Below are positions 1 through 7,520 of a DNA stretch of 10,777 nt, piece after piece (position 1 is the first letter of the stretch; the number at the start of each line of letters is the position of its first letter). The notes under the pieces are model-generated. The model did not search any database and was not told the origin of the DNA. It was given only the letters and a program-made list of their open reading frames with translations. This DNA comes from Candidatus Thorarchaeota archaeon SMTZ1-45 (GTDB lineage Archaea; Asgardarchaeota; Thorarchaeia; Thorarchaeales; Thorarchaeaceae): contig LRSL01000108.1 of NCBI GenBank assembly GCA_001563335.1, positions 1 to 10,777 on the forward strand. Direction: 5' to 3'. The position numbers and the translations under genes are program-made.

Positions 1-227
1 CATGGGCTCGACGTAGGGGCGAAGGCCCAGAAAACTGGTGGGCAATCGGATTAGCGTTCCTATGGGTCATAGTACTAGCGATTTGGTTCTGGGTATTTGC
101 AGATGCTTTCAATGAATACCAGAACTTTGCAGTTTTCCTAGTTTCTCTTATAATCATCGCTGCAATAAGCGGTGGTGCTCAATGGCGGAAATACCGTGAT
201 TTCGAGGCAATGGATTGGGAAGACTGA
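1..227 (+). CDS. 3' end of a hypothetical membrane protein (5'-truncated by the window edge)
   Basis: Frame +3 is open to TGA at 225-227: WARRRGEGPENWWAIGLAFLWVIVLAIWFWVFADAFNEYQNFAVFLVSLIIIAAISGGAQWRKYRDFEAMDWED*. It has two hydrophobic helices joined by a 'FNEYQNFAVFLVS' segment resembling an archaeal hypothetical membrane family. Confidence 0.8.
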   Translation, partial: WARRRGEGPENWWAIGLAFLWVIVLAIWFWVFADAFNEYQNFAVFLVSLIIIAAISGGAQWRKYRDFEAMDWED

Positions 228-246
228 AGATCAACTCATATCTTTA

Positions 247-284
247 GGAAAGGCAGGTAACTCCTGCCTTCCTCTCCTTTTCTT
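247..284. terminator. Hairpin plus pyrimidine tract between convergent genes; putative terminator
   Basis: AAGGCAGG (250-257) pairs with CCTGCCTT (263-270) around a 5-nt loop, followed by CCTCTCCTTTTCTT. It lies between two convergent stop codons. Confidence 0.55.
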
Positions 285-289
285 CTAGA

Positions 290-1057
290 CTAATAGGCAA
301 GCCATCCACCATCAACAGCCAGTGTGTGGCCTGTAATGTATCTTGCATCATCACTGGCTAGGAAGCAAGCAGCACCTCTAATCCATTCATTTTCAGCAAA
401 CATTGGGAGAGCTGTTCTTGGTCTGATCAGACGATTGCTGATTGTCTTGTCCGTTATTGCATCAATTGACATTGCAGTCGGAAAGAATCCAGGTGCAATT
501 GCATTGACCCTAATATTGTATTTGCCAAGTTCCACAGCCAACGCTTTTGTCATAGTGACCATACCCCCCTTAGACACATAGTAGCTGATCTCGGTGAATT
601 CAGTTCCACCGAAACCAAATGTCGAGGAGATATTGATTATCGAACCAGACTTCTTTGGAATCATCACTTTAGCAACTTCTCGTGATGCGAGAAAAGCCGA
701 GGTAAGATTAACATCCATCACCTTATTCCAATCATCCAGTGTCTGTTCAATGAGTGGCTTTACAATATACATACCTGCATTGTTTACTAAAACATCTACA
801 GAACCAAATTCTTTCACAGCTGTATCAACAAGGTTGACGATATCTATCTCTTTTCTAACATCAGTCTTCACAGGGATCGACTTGACACCATATTCGCTAG
901 ATACTTCATCTGCTACTTTCCTAAGCAGCTTTTCTCTTCTTGCACCAAGCACAACGTGTGCACCAGACTCAGCAAAAGCATGAGCAAACTGTTCGCCCAG
1001 ACCAGCAGACCCACCTGTAATTATGACAATCTTTCCATCCAGATCGTATCTTACCAT
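290..1057 (-). CDS. Classical short-chain dehydrogenase/reductase (FabG/gluconate 5-dehydrogenase-like), probably NADP(H)-preferring
   Basis: Motifs TGGSAGLG, NNAG, YYVSK (YxxxK), NAIAPG and C-terminal VDGG, with basic residues after beta-2 (GARR). Start moved from 1132 to the ATG at 1057 (MVRYDLDGK), which has an AGGTGG RBS upstream. Confidence 0.93.
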   Translation of the reverse strand: MVRYDLDGKIVIITGGSAGLGEQFAHAFAESGAHVVLGARREKLLRKVADEVSSEYGVKSIPVKTDVRKEIDIVNLVDTAVKEFGSVDVLVNNAGMYIVKPLIEQTLDDWNKVMDVNLTSAFLASREVAKVMIPKKSGSIINISSTFGFGGTEFTEISYYVSKGGMVTMTKALAVELGKYNIRVNAIAPGFFPTAMSIDAITDKTISNRLIRPRTALPMFAENEWIRGAACFLASDDARYITGHTLAVDGGWLAY

Positions 1058-1135
1058 GGTTACCACCTGAATTATCTTCTTCAGATATACACCAATTGCA
1101 GACTCCCTATTAAGTACCAACTTCTTCAACACTAA

Positions 1136-2104
1136 TTATTCTGGAGTTGGCACATCGCAAAGCTCCTCTTTTGCACCTGACACAAAAGATTGTTTTCGAA
1201 GCTGATAGAGTCTAAAGAGACCTATCGGGGTTACAATGAACAACCAAATGATTACATCCCCAACTGTTGACATAAGTACATTCGTATCCATTGGGTCTAG
1301 CCATAACTGACCAAGTTTCATCATCTTCACAAGCGGAAAAACTAGTATTATTCCAAAGATTCTCTTTAGCTGAACAGAATTTACTTTACACGCCAATCTT
1401 GAGCCAAATTGTGCGCCAAGGAGCATTCCCAGACCTAAAGATATTGCATAATAGGGATTGATATATCCACTGACTAGGTTCATTGCAGTTCCAGAAGCTG
1501 CTGTAAACACCATTATGAACATCGAAGTAGCGACTGCAGCATGCATTGGCAATCCCATCAAGATTGAAAGAACTGGAACAACTACCGCACCACCGCCAAT
1601 CCCTAGCAATCCTGCTGATACTCCTCCAATGAAACCTCCAAATAGAGAGATTGCTAATCTCTTATCAGTAATATTTGATATGCTATAATTCGCAAGTTCT
1701 GATGCAATATCTCCTTTCTCACGTCTGACTGCAAAAAGCATCTTTATTGCAACAGGCATGAGTGAGATACCAAAGATTAGTCGTAATGCAAAATCGTCCT
1801 GAATCAATGTTCTAAATGCGACACCAATTATTGACCCTGGAGTTGTTGTGATAGCCAGAAATAGACCTGCTTTAACAATAATCGGTCTTGGATTCTGTCG
1901 CCAATATGCAAAACTACTTGCGATTGCAAGGAACAGAGCAGCAACAAGCGCTGTTGCAGGAGCTTCTTGAGAGTGTAGCAAGAAAATGATCATCAATAGA
2001 GGAGTGTTGAATACTCCACCTCCAATCCCAACCATAGATGATATAGTACCCACACCTACTGCATAGATTGCGATGAGGACCGCTTCCAAGATCAACTCTT
2101 GCAT
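1136..2104 (-). CDS. Sulfite exporter TauE/SafE (TSUP) family membrane protein
   Basis: Duplicated signature GIGGGVFNTPLL / GIGGGAVVVPVL, AVATS motif, many TM helices, GAAGGAG RBS. Confidence 0.9.
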   Translation of the reverse strand: MQELILEAVLIAIYAVGVGTISSMVGIGGGVFNTPLLMIIFLLHSQEAPATALVAALFLAIASSFAYWRQNPRPIIVKAGLFLAITTTPGSIIGVAFRTLIQDDFALRLIFGISLMPVAIKMLFAVRREKGDIASELANYSISNITDKRLAISLFGGFIGGVSAGLLGIGGGAVVVPVLSILMGLPMHAAVATSMFIMVFTAASGTAMNLVSGYINPYYAISLGLGMLLGAQFGSRLACKVNSVQLKRIFGIILVFPLVKMMKLGQLWLDPMDTNVLMSTVGDVIIWLFIVTPIGLFRLYQLRKQSFVSGAKEELCDVPTPE

Positions 2105-2176
2105 TTCTACTCCTTCTGTTGAAAGCTCCGCAATCAGACTAGTACTTAAGGTGTCCTATTAATCCAACAATTCATT

Positions 2177-2608
2177 CTATGCTGGCGTCTTCCTTTTAGA
2201 AAGAGAATATAGTCCTATTACGAAAATCATCATCCCAAATAGAATTAGAATCGCAGCGAAGTTACCTTCAATTTCATCAGTTGCAAAGGCATTAACTACT
2301 AGTCCTCCTGCAAGCACAATAATACCTACAATCGCTGTAGTAACTGCTGGTTTGGTATTGAAACTTAAAAAACTGGGAAGAGTATCCTCTCTTTCAATCT
2401 TCGGTGCTTGTGATAGCTTAACTTCACTCTTATAGAATCGCTTACTATCCTCGGTCAGAGCACCAATCAACTCCCCCGAATCAATTAAACCGTTGATGAG
2501 TTTGATGACCTCATGATCTGTGATTTCTAATCTATCTGCAATGATTTGTATAGAACTGACATTCTCCCTCATAACAAGATCGATTAGTTTCTGCTTGTTC
2601 TCTGACAT
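2177..2608 (-). CDS. Hypothetical protein: N-terminal winged-helix (PCI-like) domain plus two C-terminal TM helices
   Basis: IADRLEITDHEVIKLINGLIDSGELIGALTEDSKRFY fits a PCI/winged-helix pattern. Two hydrophobic segments are followed by a basic tail (SKRK). Confidence 0.7.
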   Translation of the reverse strand: MSENKQKLIDLVMRENVSSIQIIADRLEITDHEVIKLINGLIDSGELIGALTEDSKRFYKSEVKLSQAPKIEREDTLPSFLSFNTKPAVTTAIVGIIVLAGGLVVNAFATDEIEGNFAAILILFGMMIFVIGLYSLSKRKTPA

Positions 2609-2698
2609 TTACTGCTCACATCACGCTTGCAAATCACAGATGAATATGTCTTTTCCCTTATCTGCTATTACTTCACTATTGTTGAACACTATTGCATC

Positions 2699-3547
2699 TC
2701 AGGACTTTATTGCACAAAAGATAACCTCTCCAAGACTTGTTTCATAGACTTGTGAATTTGGAAAGTAATGCTCAATAACTTTCTTAATACGATTACCTTC
2801 AACTACTCCAAGTTCTGGAAAAAGCTCGTTGGAGGTTATTCTCAGAAATTCCTCTAAGTTAGGTTTCTCAGGTTCATTAAAGAATGTAAATGGAGCAAGG
2901 ATTCGCAGTTGTCCTCTCCTAGTCAGTACCCTCTTGCATTCTTCAATAGCAGCTGGAAGCTTATCCAAAGGAGTCAAACCATTGAGGATGATTTCCGAGA
3001 AAGTTTTACTATCAACATTCAACTTGGTGATATCTTTACCCACCAAGTCATAGCTAATGCCTGTTTTTTCCAAAATCAAATCTGAACCTGCAATTGAAAC
3101 CCTGGACTCCTTTGATTTGAGGAGTAGGTTCCGTATTATATCAAGATCATTGGCTTTTAGATGAGGAAATGCTGCATATAGAATTCGACCCATTACTCTT
3201 CGCTGACGGTTCTCTTCAGGGAAATTAAATAGTTTCTGTGGATTTGCCTGTCGATATGCATTATAGAAATGTAAGATGGTTTCAATACTGTTCTTGAGGT
3301 TATTCCTTAGATGATTTTCAGCCTCTGGTCCTAACTCGTATATCCTCCTATATGGTCCTAAAGGCCCAGGTTGTAGTGCACTAACAACAAGCCCATCATT
3401 TTCCATCGCTTTCAGTAGTTTAGGTAGTCTTGTTTTTCGGGGATCAACATAATCAGATAAAGAGTAAAGGATATCATATATTGAGGATGGCCTCCCATCT
3501 AACTCCAGTAGTATCTTTCGAATCAATTCAGACCTAGCTGGCTTCAC
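2699..3547 (-). CDS. PadR-like winged-helix transcription regulator fused to a degenerate class I SAM-methyltransferase-like domain
   Basis: N-terminal LLKAMENDGLV...GPLGPYRRIYELG resembles the PadR wing. C-terminal DITKLNVDSKTFSEIIL...AAIEECKRVLTRRGQLRI resembles late Methyltransf_11 motifs. GTG start with GAGGT RBS. Confidence 0.75.
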   Translation of the reverse strand: MKPARSELIRKILLELDGRPSSIYDILYSLSDYVDPRKTRLPKLLKAMENDGLVVSALQPGPLGPYRRIYELGPEAENHLRNNLKNSIETILHFYNAYRQANPQKLFNFPEENRQRRVMGRILYAAFPHLKANDLDIIRNLLLKSKESRVSIAGSDLILEKTGISYDLVGKDITKLNVDSKTFSEIILNGLTPLDKLPAAIEECKRVLTRRGQLRILAPFTFFNEPEKPNLEEFLRITSNELFPELGVVEGNRIKKVIEHYFPNSQVYETSLGEVIFCAIKS

Positions 3548-3669
3548 CTGATTGACCTCGATTGAAGCAGAAAATACATTATTGACTTAATACTTAGACG
3601 TTTCACGTAATATCCAAGAAAATATGAACCTCTTTCCAAAGATGCGTTGATAATGTTTCTTATTATGTC

Positions 3670-3693
3670 ATGAAGCCCTTCATAATGAGGGCT
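3670..3693. promoter_or_regulatory. Overlapping inverted repeats; candidate operator between the divergent regulator and Zn-ribbon genes
   Basis: ATGAAG-CC-CTTCAT (3670-3683) and AGCCC-T-TCAT-A-ATGA-GGGCT (3674-3693). The latter covers the GAGG RBS of the gene starting at 3701. Confidence 0.4.
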
Positions 3694-3700
3694 ATTAGAT

Positions 3701-3901
3701 ATGAAAAAGTGCAATTCCTGTGGAGCCACAATAGAGAATTGTGAGATGATGTTGCGGAAGATCGATGAGGTTTTCTATTGCATTTTTTGCCTTAATGATG
3801 ATGGAAAGCCCATGAATTCCAACCAAACTCGAGAGAGTATCAAGAACTTTTGGCTTCACCGATATACTTCAAACCGAAAGCAAAAGGAAAATAGTAGTTG
3901 A
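3701..3901 (+). CDS. Small zinc-ribbon protein (Zn_ribbon_2/PF12674-like)
   Basis: CNSCG ... YCIFC..DG (two CxxC pairs), ATG start with GAGG RBS. Confidence 0.75.
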   Translation: MKKCNSCGATIENCEMMLRKIDEVFYCIFCLNDDGKPMNSNQTRESIKNFWLHRYTSNRKQKENSS

Positions 3902-3965
3902 AGGAAATTCTTGTAATCCTCACTTTCTAATATCATCCCTCTTATGCCTTATTTAGTGGGACCAA

Positions 3966-5030
3966 ATGAGTCAAGATGACATGGCTGAAAAATATGGTCT
4001 TCCTCCTGGAACAGTTGTCCATACCGGGATTGACCGAACTGAGAAGGTAACTATCAGCATCATGGAATTTGCCAGAGACCAAATTAGAGAGTATATTGCT
4101 GACTCACTGGATGATTGTAGTCCACCATTGGATCAAGAAGCTACAAAGTGGGTTCATGTACGGGGTGTCCATGATGTTGAAATCGTTGAGAAGGTTTGTC
4201 AGTATTATGATTTACATCCGTTAGTAATTGAAGACATACCAAGTGTTGGTCAACGACCAAAATTAGAGATTATGCCAAAGAGTGTCTACATAGTCCTTCG
4301 AGGATATCTTCTACAACAAGATGTAGGCAAACTTCTATCTGAGCAAGTATCAATTGCATTTGGTAAGAATTTTGTACTTTCCTTTCAAGAGTCTCCTGAT
4401 GATCTCTTCGATTCCATTAGAGAACGAGCTCGGCGCCCAGGAAGCCGTATACGGTTAGGTGGATCTGATTATCTTGCGTATACAATTCTCGATCTCTTGG
4501 TGGACAAATACTTCGTTGTGCTTGAACGTATCGGCGATCTAATCGAAGATCTAGAGGATGAATTAATCATTCAGGCAACAACAGATATGTTAAATCGAAT
4601 ATACAAAATCAAGAGAGATCTTCTTTCCTTTAGACGACATATTTGGCCTTTACGTGAGGTCGTATTGAAGATGCAAAGAGATGCTCGATCTTTCATCGAT
4701 GAGGATATGCAGATTTTCCTTCGAGATCTCTATGATCATGTAATTCGTGTGACTGATTTGGTGGAAACCTTCCGTGAGTCAATTACTGGGATGCTTGACA
4801 TTTATCTCTCTAGTGTCAGTAACAAAATGAATGCAGTAATGAAGGTGCTTACAGTTGTATCTACAATATTCATTCCTCTAACGCTAATGGCAAGCATATA
4901 TGGGATGAATTGGGAGTGGATTCCTGAGATTGTATTTTTGGGTGCCTTTGGATATCCAATCTTTCTTGCTGCAATGTTGATAGTCACTGTGAGCCTTGTT
5001 ATTTATTTCAGAAGAATTGACTGGATTTGA
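3966..5030 (+). CDS. corA: Magnesium/cobalt transporter CorA
   Basis: GLPPGTVVHTG N-terminus, LHPLVIEDI...QRPKLE, YGMNW signature, IPEI (MPEL-like) loop and two C-terminal TM helices. Confidence 0.96.
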   Translation: MSQDDMAEKYGLPPGTVVHTGIDRTEKVTISIMEFARDQIREYIADSLDDCSPPLDQEATKWVHVRGVHDVEIVEKVCQYYDLHPLVIEDIPSVGQRPKLEIMPKSVYIVLRGYLLQQDVGKLLSEQVSIAFGKNFVLSFQESPDDLFDSIRERARRPGSRIRLGGSDYLAYTILDLLVDKYFVVLERIGDLIEDLEDELIIQATTDMLNRIYKIKRDLLSFRRHIWPLREVVLKMQRDARSFIDEDMQIFLRDLYDHVIRVTDLVETFRESITGMLDIYLSSVSNKMNAVMKVLTVVSTIFIPLTLMASIYGMNWEWIPEIVFLGAFGYPIFLAAMLIVTVSLVIYFRRIDWI

Positions 5031-5033
5031 ATG

Positions 5034-5936
5034 CTATACCATTAGTACAACTAGAATGACTCCTGAAACTGTCATTAGAGCTCCAAGTATTGACTTGTAT
5101 GAATATTCCTCTTTCAAAAAGAAGATTGAGATCGGTAGAGCAAACAAAGGTGATACAGAACCAAGTACTGCTGAAATGGTGGCTCCCACTAGCTTCACTG
5201 CGAATGTATACAACAGTGAACCCATTGCCATTCCAAAGAAAGCTGCAGCGAGAATTATCTTTGTCGCACGTTTGCTTGGCTTAGGCATTCCGCTTTGAAT
5301 CGCCCCAAGAAAGATTGGTGCAAGGATACCTGAACCAAATACCATTCGTACAAAGTTGGCATCTGTTGGATCGACATTGGCGACTCCGAGTTGAAGTAAG
5401 ACACTTCCAACTGACCAGCATAAAGCTGTAACTAGTGCTAATACAATTCCAATTTTGTCAAAATCTTTCAAATCATCATTATTTCGATTCGACGCTTGCT
5501 CTCTGGAAATGAGCATTATACCAGCAACTGCTAGAATGATACCAAGAAATCGTGTTAGAAGTACTACTTCTTCGACAACAAATATTGCAATTATATATGT
5601 TGCAATTGGGTATGTTGTCGCAATTGGAAATGCGTATGAAACTCCAATACGTTCTTGTGATGTCAAGAATGCGATATCACCAAACACTAGACCTATCGTA
5701 ACTGATGAGGCTAGATACACAACTGACTCAAATGGTAAGAAAAATGGAGTTGTTCGAAAAGGTAGCATGACCAGAACCGTCATAACAACCAATGATAACC
5801 ACATTTTTAGTGTCGTAATAGCTAGTGGTGTTGCTTCTTTGCTTTGAGATTTATAGACATTGGTCGCAATAGCCCATAGAAATGCCGCAATTAGACTAAT
5901 CGCACTTCCGATAAGTAAGTCAGTTGAAATTTGCAT
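5034..5936 (-). CDS. DMT/EamA family transporter
   Basis: About ten TM helices in two repeats, with AAFLWA / TALCWS, IGVSYAFPI...YPI and SPLFALPISIFFLKE motifs. Confidence 0.92.
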   Translation of the reverse strand: MQISTDLLIGSAISLIAAFLWAIATNVYKSQSKEATPLAITTLKMWLSLVVMTVLVMLPFRTTPFFLPFESVVYLASSVTIGLVFGDIAFLTSQERIGVSYAFPIATTYPIATYIIAIFVVEEVVLLTRFLGIILAVAGIMLISREQASNRNNDDLKDFDKIGIVLALVTALCWSVGSVLLQLGVANVDPTDANFVRMVFGSGILAPIFLGAIQSGMPKPSKRATKIILAAAFFGMAMGSLLYTFAVKLVGATISAVLGSVSPLFALPISIFFLKEEYSYKSILGALMTVSGVILVVLMV

Positions 5937-6001
5937 CGAGACTATTCCAAACTAAGACCTAAACTAAAACATTACTGAACTAGATTCTATCCCACTGGTT
6001 T

Positions 6002-6637
6002 TCAGCTGTAGATTTCTCCCTTGTCCAAACCTTCTAAAAACTTCTTACTGTCATCTTCGGACACACAGTTCAAAATACATCCAAAATTAGGACATTGTGA
6101 ACATGCCCAGTGTCTGAGTGTGACAATAAATGAAACTGCCATGACTAACTGGAAGAGTACAAATTCCCACCGATCAACAAAGTACACAATTGGAAAGAGC
6201 AAGAAGAAGCCAGTAAATCCCAAAAAGGTTGCCTGCCTGAAACGACTAATCCGCCCTGGGTTGTACTTGAATAATTTGGGACTCCCCCAATTGCCTAAAC
6301 AATAGAAACGATTCTCTTTTCCATGTTCTTTCCCTGAGAATTCATAACATGGGCAGTGTCTACAGAGAACATACCACTCAAGACCTCCAGCAAAAAAAGC
6401 CATGCTAATAATGAAATATAGAATTAACATCAACATGCCTTCGGTTAGAATGAATGAACCAAGTCCCAAATATGAACCAACGTTAAAACTCCAGCCAAAA
6501 TAACTGATACTAGAAGTTACCATCCCTGCAAAAGCAATTACAAAAGGCGCCCAACCTACGGTCGCAAACCACCTAGCATCATGCCAATGGTATCTTGCCA
6601 CAACACCATGAAAAACTCTCTGCTTCACTTTAGTCAT
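6002..6637 (-). CDS. Cys-rich hypothetical membrane protein (putative metal-binding)
   Basis: Two TM pairs, each followed by a Cys cluster (LCRHCPCY...YCLGNWG and CSQCPNFGCILNC). Strong GAGGAGGAG RBS. Confidence 0.8.
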   Translation of the reverse strand: MTKVKQRVFHGVVARYHWHDARWFATVGWAPFVIAFAGMVTSSISYFGWSFNVGSYLGLGSFILTEGMLMLILYFIISMAFFAGGLEWYVLCRHCPCYEFSGKEHGKENRFYCLGNWGSPKLFKYNPGRISRFRQATFLGFTGFFLLFPIVYFVDRWEFVLFQLVMAVSFIVTLRHWACSQCPNFGCILNCVSEDDSKKFLEGLDKGEIYS

Positions 6638-6654
6638 CTAGACTCCTCCTCGTG

Positions 6655-7380
6655 TTACATCTGGATGATTCCTTCTGCCTGAATGACTGTGTATCTATAC
6701 TTCTGTGGATCCACTTCCAAGACTTTGATTTGATCAACATTTACAACAAAGATACTATGTATCTCAGATGTTGCAAGCTCATTATACAAAACTGGTGGGG
6801 AGAGGTATTGGGAATCACAGAGATCTTTTAGTTTAGAAAGCTCAGCAGAATCACGTTTCCCAACAGATTGAAGCATAGCATTAGGAATTTGCAAAACATG
6901 ATAGTGTGGTGTGGCAAGACTGAAGAAATGACTGAATCCAGCATAACGGGCTATCTTTGCAGCAATCCTAGTTAATCTATAGGTGCCCGGGTATAGCGCA
7001 GCTTTTGGAGGTACAAATCCAGTTTCCACCTCTACGACAAGAGTTTCTTCATTCTCCGATGTGCCATGCATTTCACTCAGAATCGCATCTTTTGCATCAT
7101 CATTAATATCAAGCATTCTTTCTCTCACTGCAAAAATATCCGCCATTAACGCACCACCATTCAGGGGATACTCAATCTTGACTCTAAACCCATTTTCAAT
7201 CAGGTGCTTTGCACAGAGGAACTGCATTATACTATGATTTATCTTCACCAGACGCTTTTTGCTTAGTTCAACGAATCTGTCACGAACTTCGTATAATTGA
7301 TCTAATACTTCTGATGATGTCGCTAATTCAATTTTTTCTAGTAGAATATTCATATCTTTAATGAATCGTTTTTTGACCAT
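6655..7380 (-). CDS. Conserved archaeal hypothetical protein with a PD-(D/E)XK nuclease-like motif arrangement
   Basis: NHSIMQ helix (H49), IEY (E70), ADIFA (D81), VVEVETG (E117/E119), followed by KIARY. This resembles a conserved hypothetical family I recall from TACK archaea. Confidence 0.72.
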   Translation of the reverse strand: MVKKRFIKDMNILLEKIELATSSEVLDQLYEVRDRFVELSKKRLVKINHSIMQFLCAKHLIENGFRVKIEYPLNGGALMADIFAVRERMLDINDDAKDAILSEMHGTSENEETLVVEVETGFVPPKAALYPGTYRLTRIAAKIARYAGFSHFFSLATPHYHVLQIPNAMLQSVGKRDSAELSKLKDLCDSQYLSPPVLYNELATSEIHSIFVVNVDQIKVLEVDPQKYRYTVIQAEGIIQM

Positions 7381-7490
7381 CTAGCATCACTGAACCAGAA
7401 GGCTCTGGTCTTCATTTCGACCTAAGTGACCTAATAGTCTACCGAATGTGGTAGATTTGGCAAATCAACCGAAGAAAAAGACAGCTATTG

Positions 7491-7498
7491 TTTATAAG
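7491..7498 (+). promoter_or_regulatory. Putative archaeal TATA box for a transcript starting near 7520-7521
   Basis: TTTATAAG is centred about 26-27 nt upstream of the first base of the closing stem. No convincing BRE lies immediately upstream. Confidence 0.6.
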
Positions 7499-7502
7499 AA
7501 AA

Positions 7503-7518
7503 TATTACATATGTAATA
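7503..7518. promoter_or_regulatory. Perfect 16-bp palindrome; candidate repressor operator
   Basis: TATTACATATGTAATA is its own reverse complement and lies between the TATA box and the predicted start site. Confidence 0.55.
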
Positions 7519-7520
7519 CA

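Noticed and set aside
1058-1132. N-terminal extension of the SDR ORF given in the track
   Set aside because: The ATG at 1057 has an AGGTGG RBS and gives a typical SDR N-terminus.
3899-6004. Selenocysteine read-through at TGA stops of the Cys-rich genes (3899-3901, 6002-6004)
   Set aside because: In-frame TAA/TAG stops follow within five codons and no SECIS-like element is evident.
324-7237. Short antisense ORFs in the track (e.g. 324-581, 594-983, 1458-1688, 2520-2747, 2829-3053, 3544-3729, 4802-4987, 4996-5298, 5090-5284, 5455-5847, 6021-6305, 6983-7237)
   Set aside because: They are shadows of well-supported genes on the opposite strand or span regulatory gaps, and show no protein-family features.
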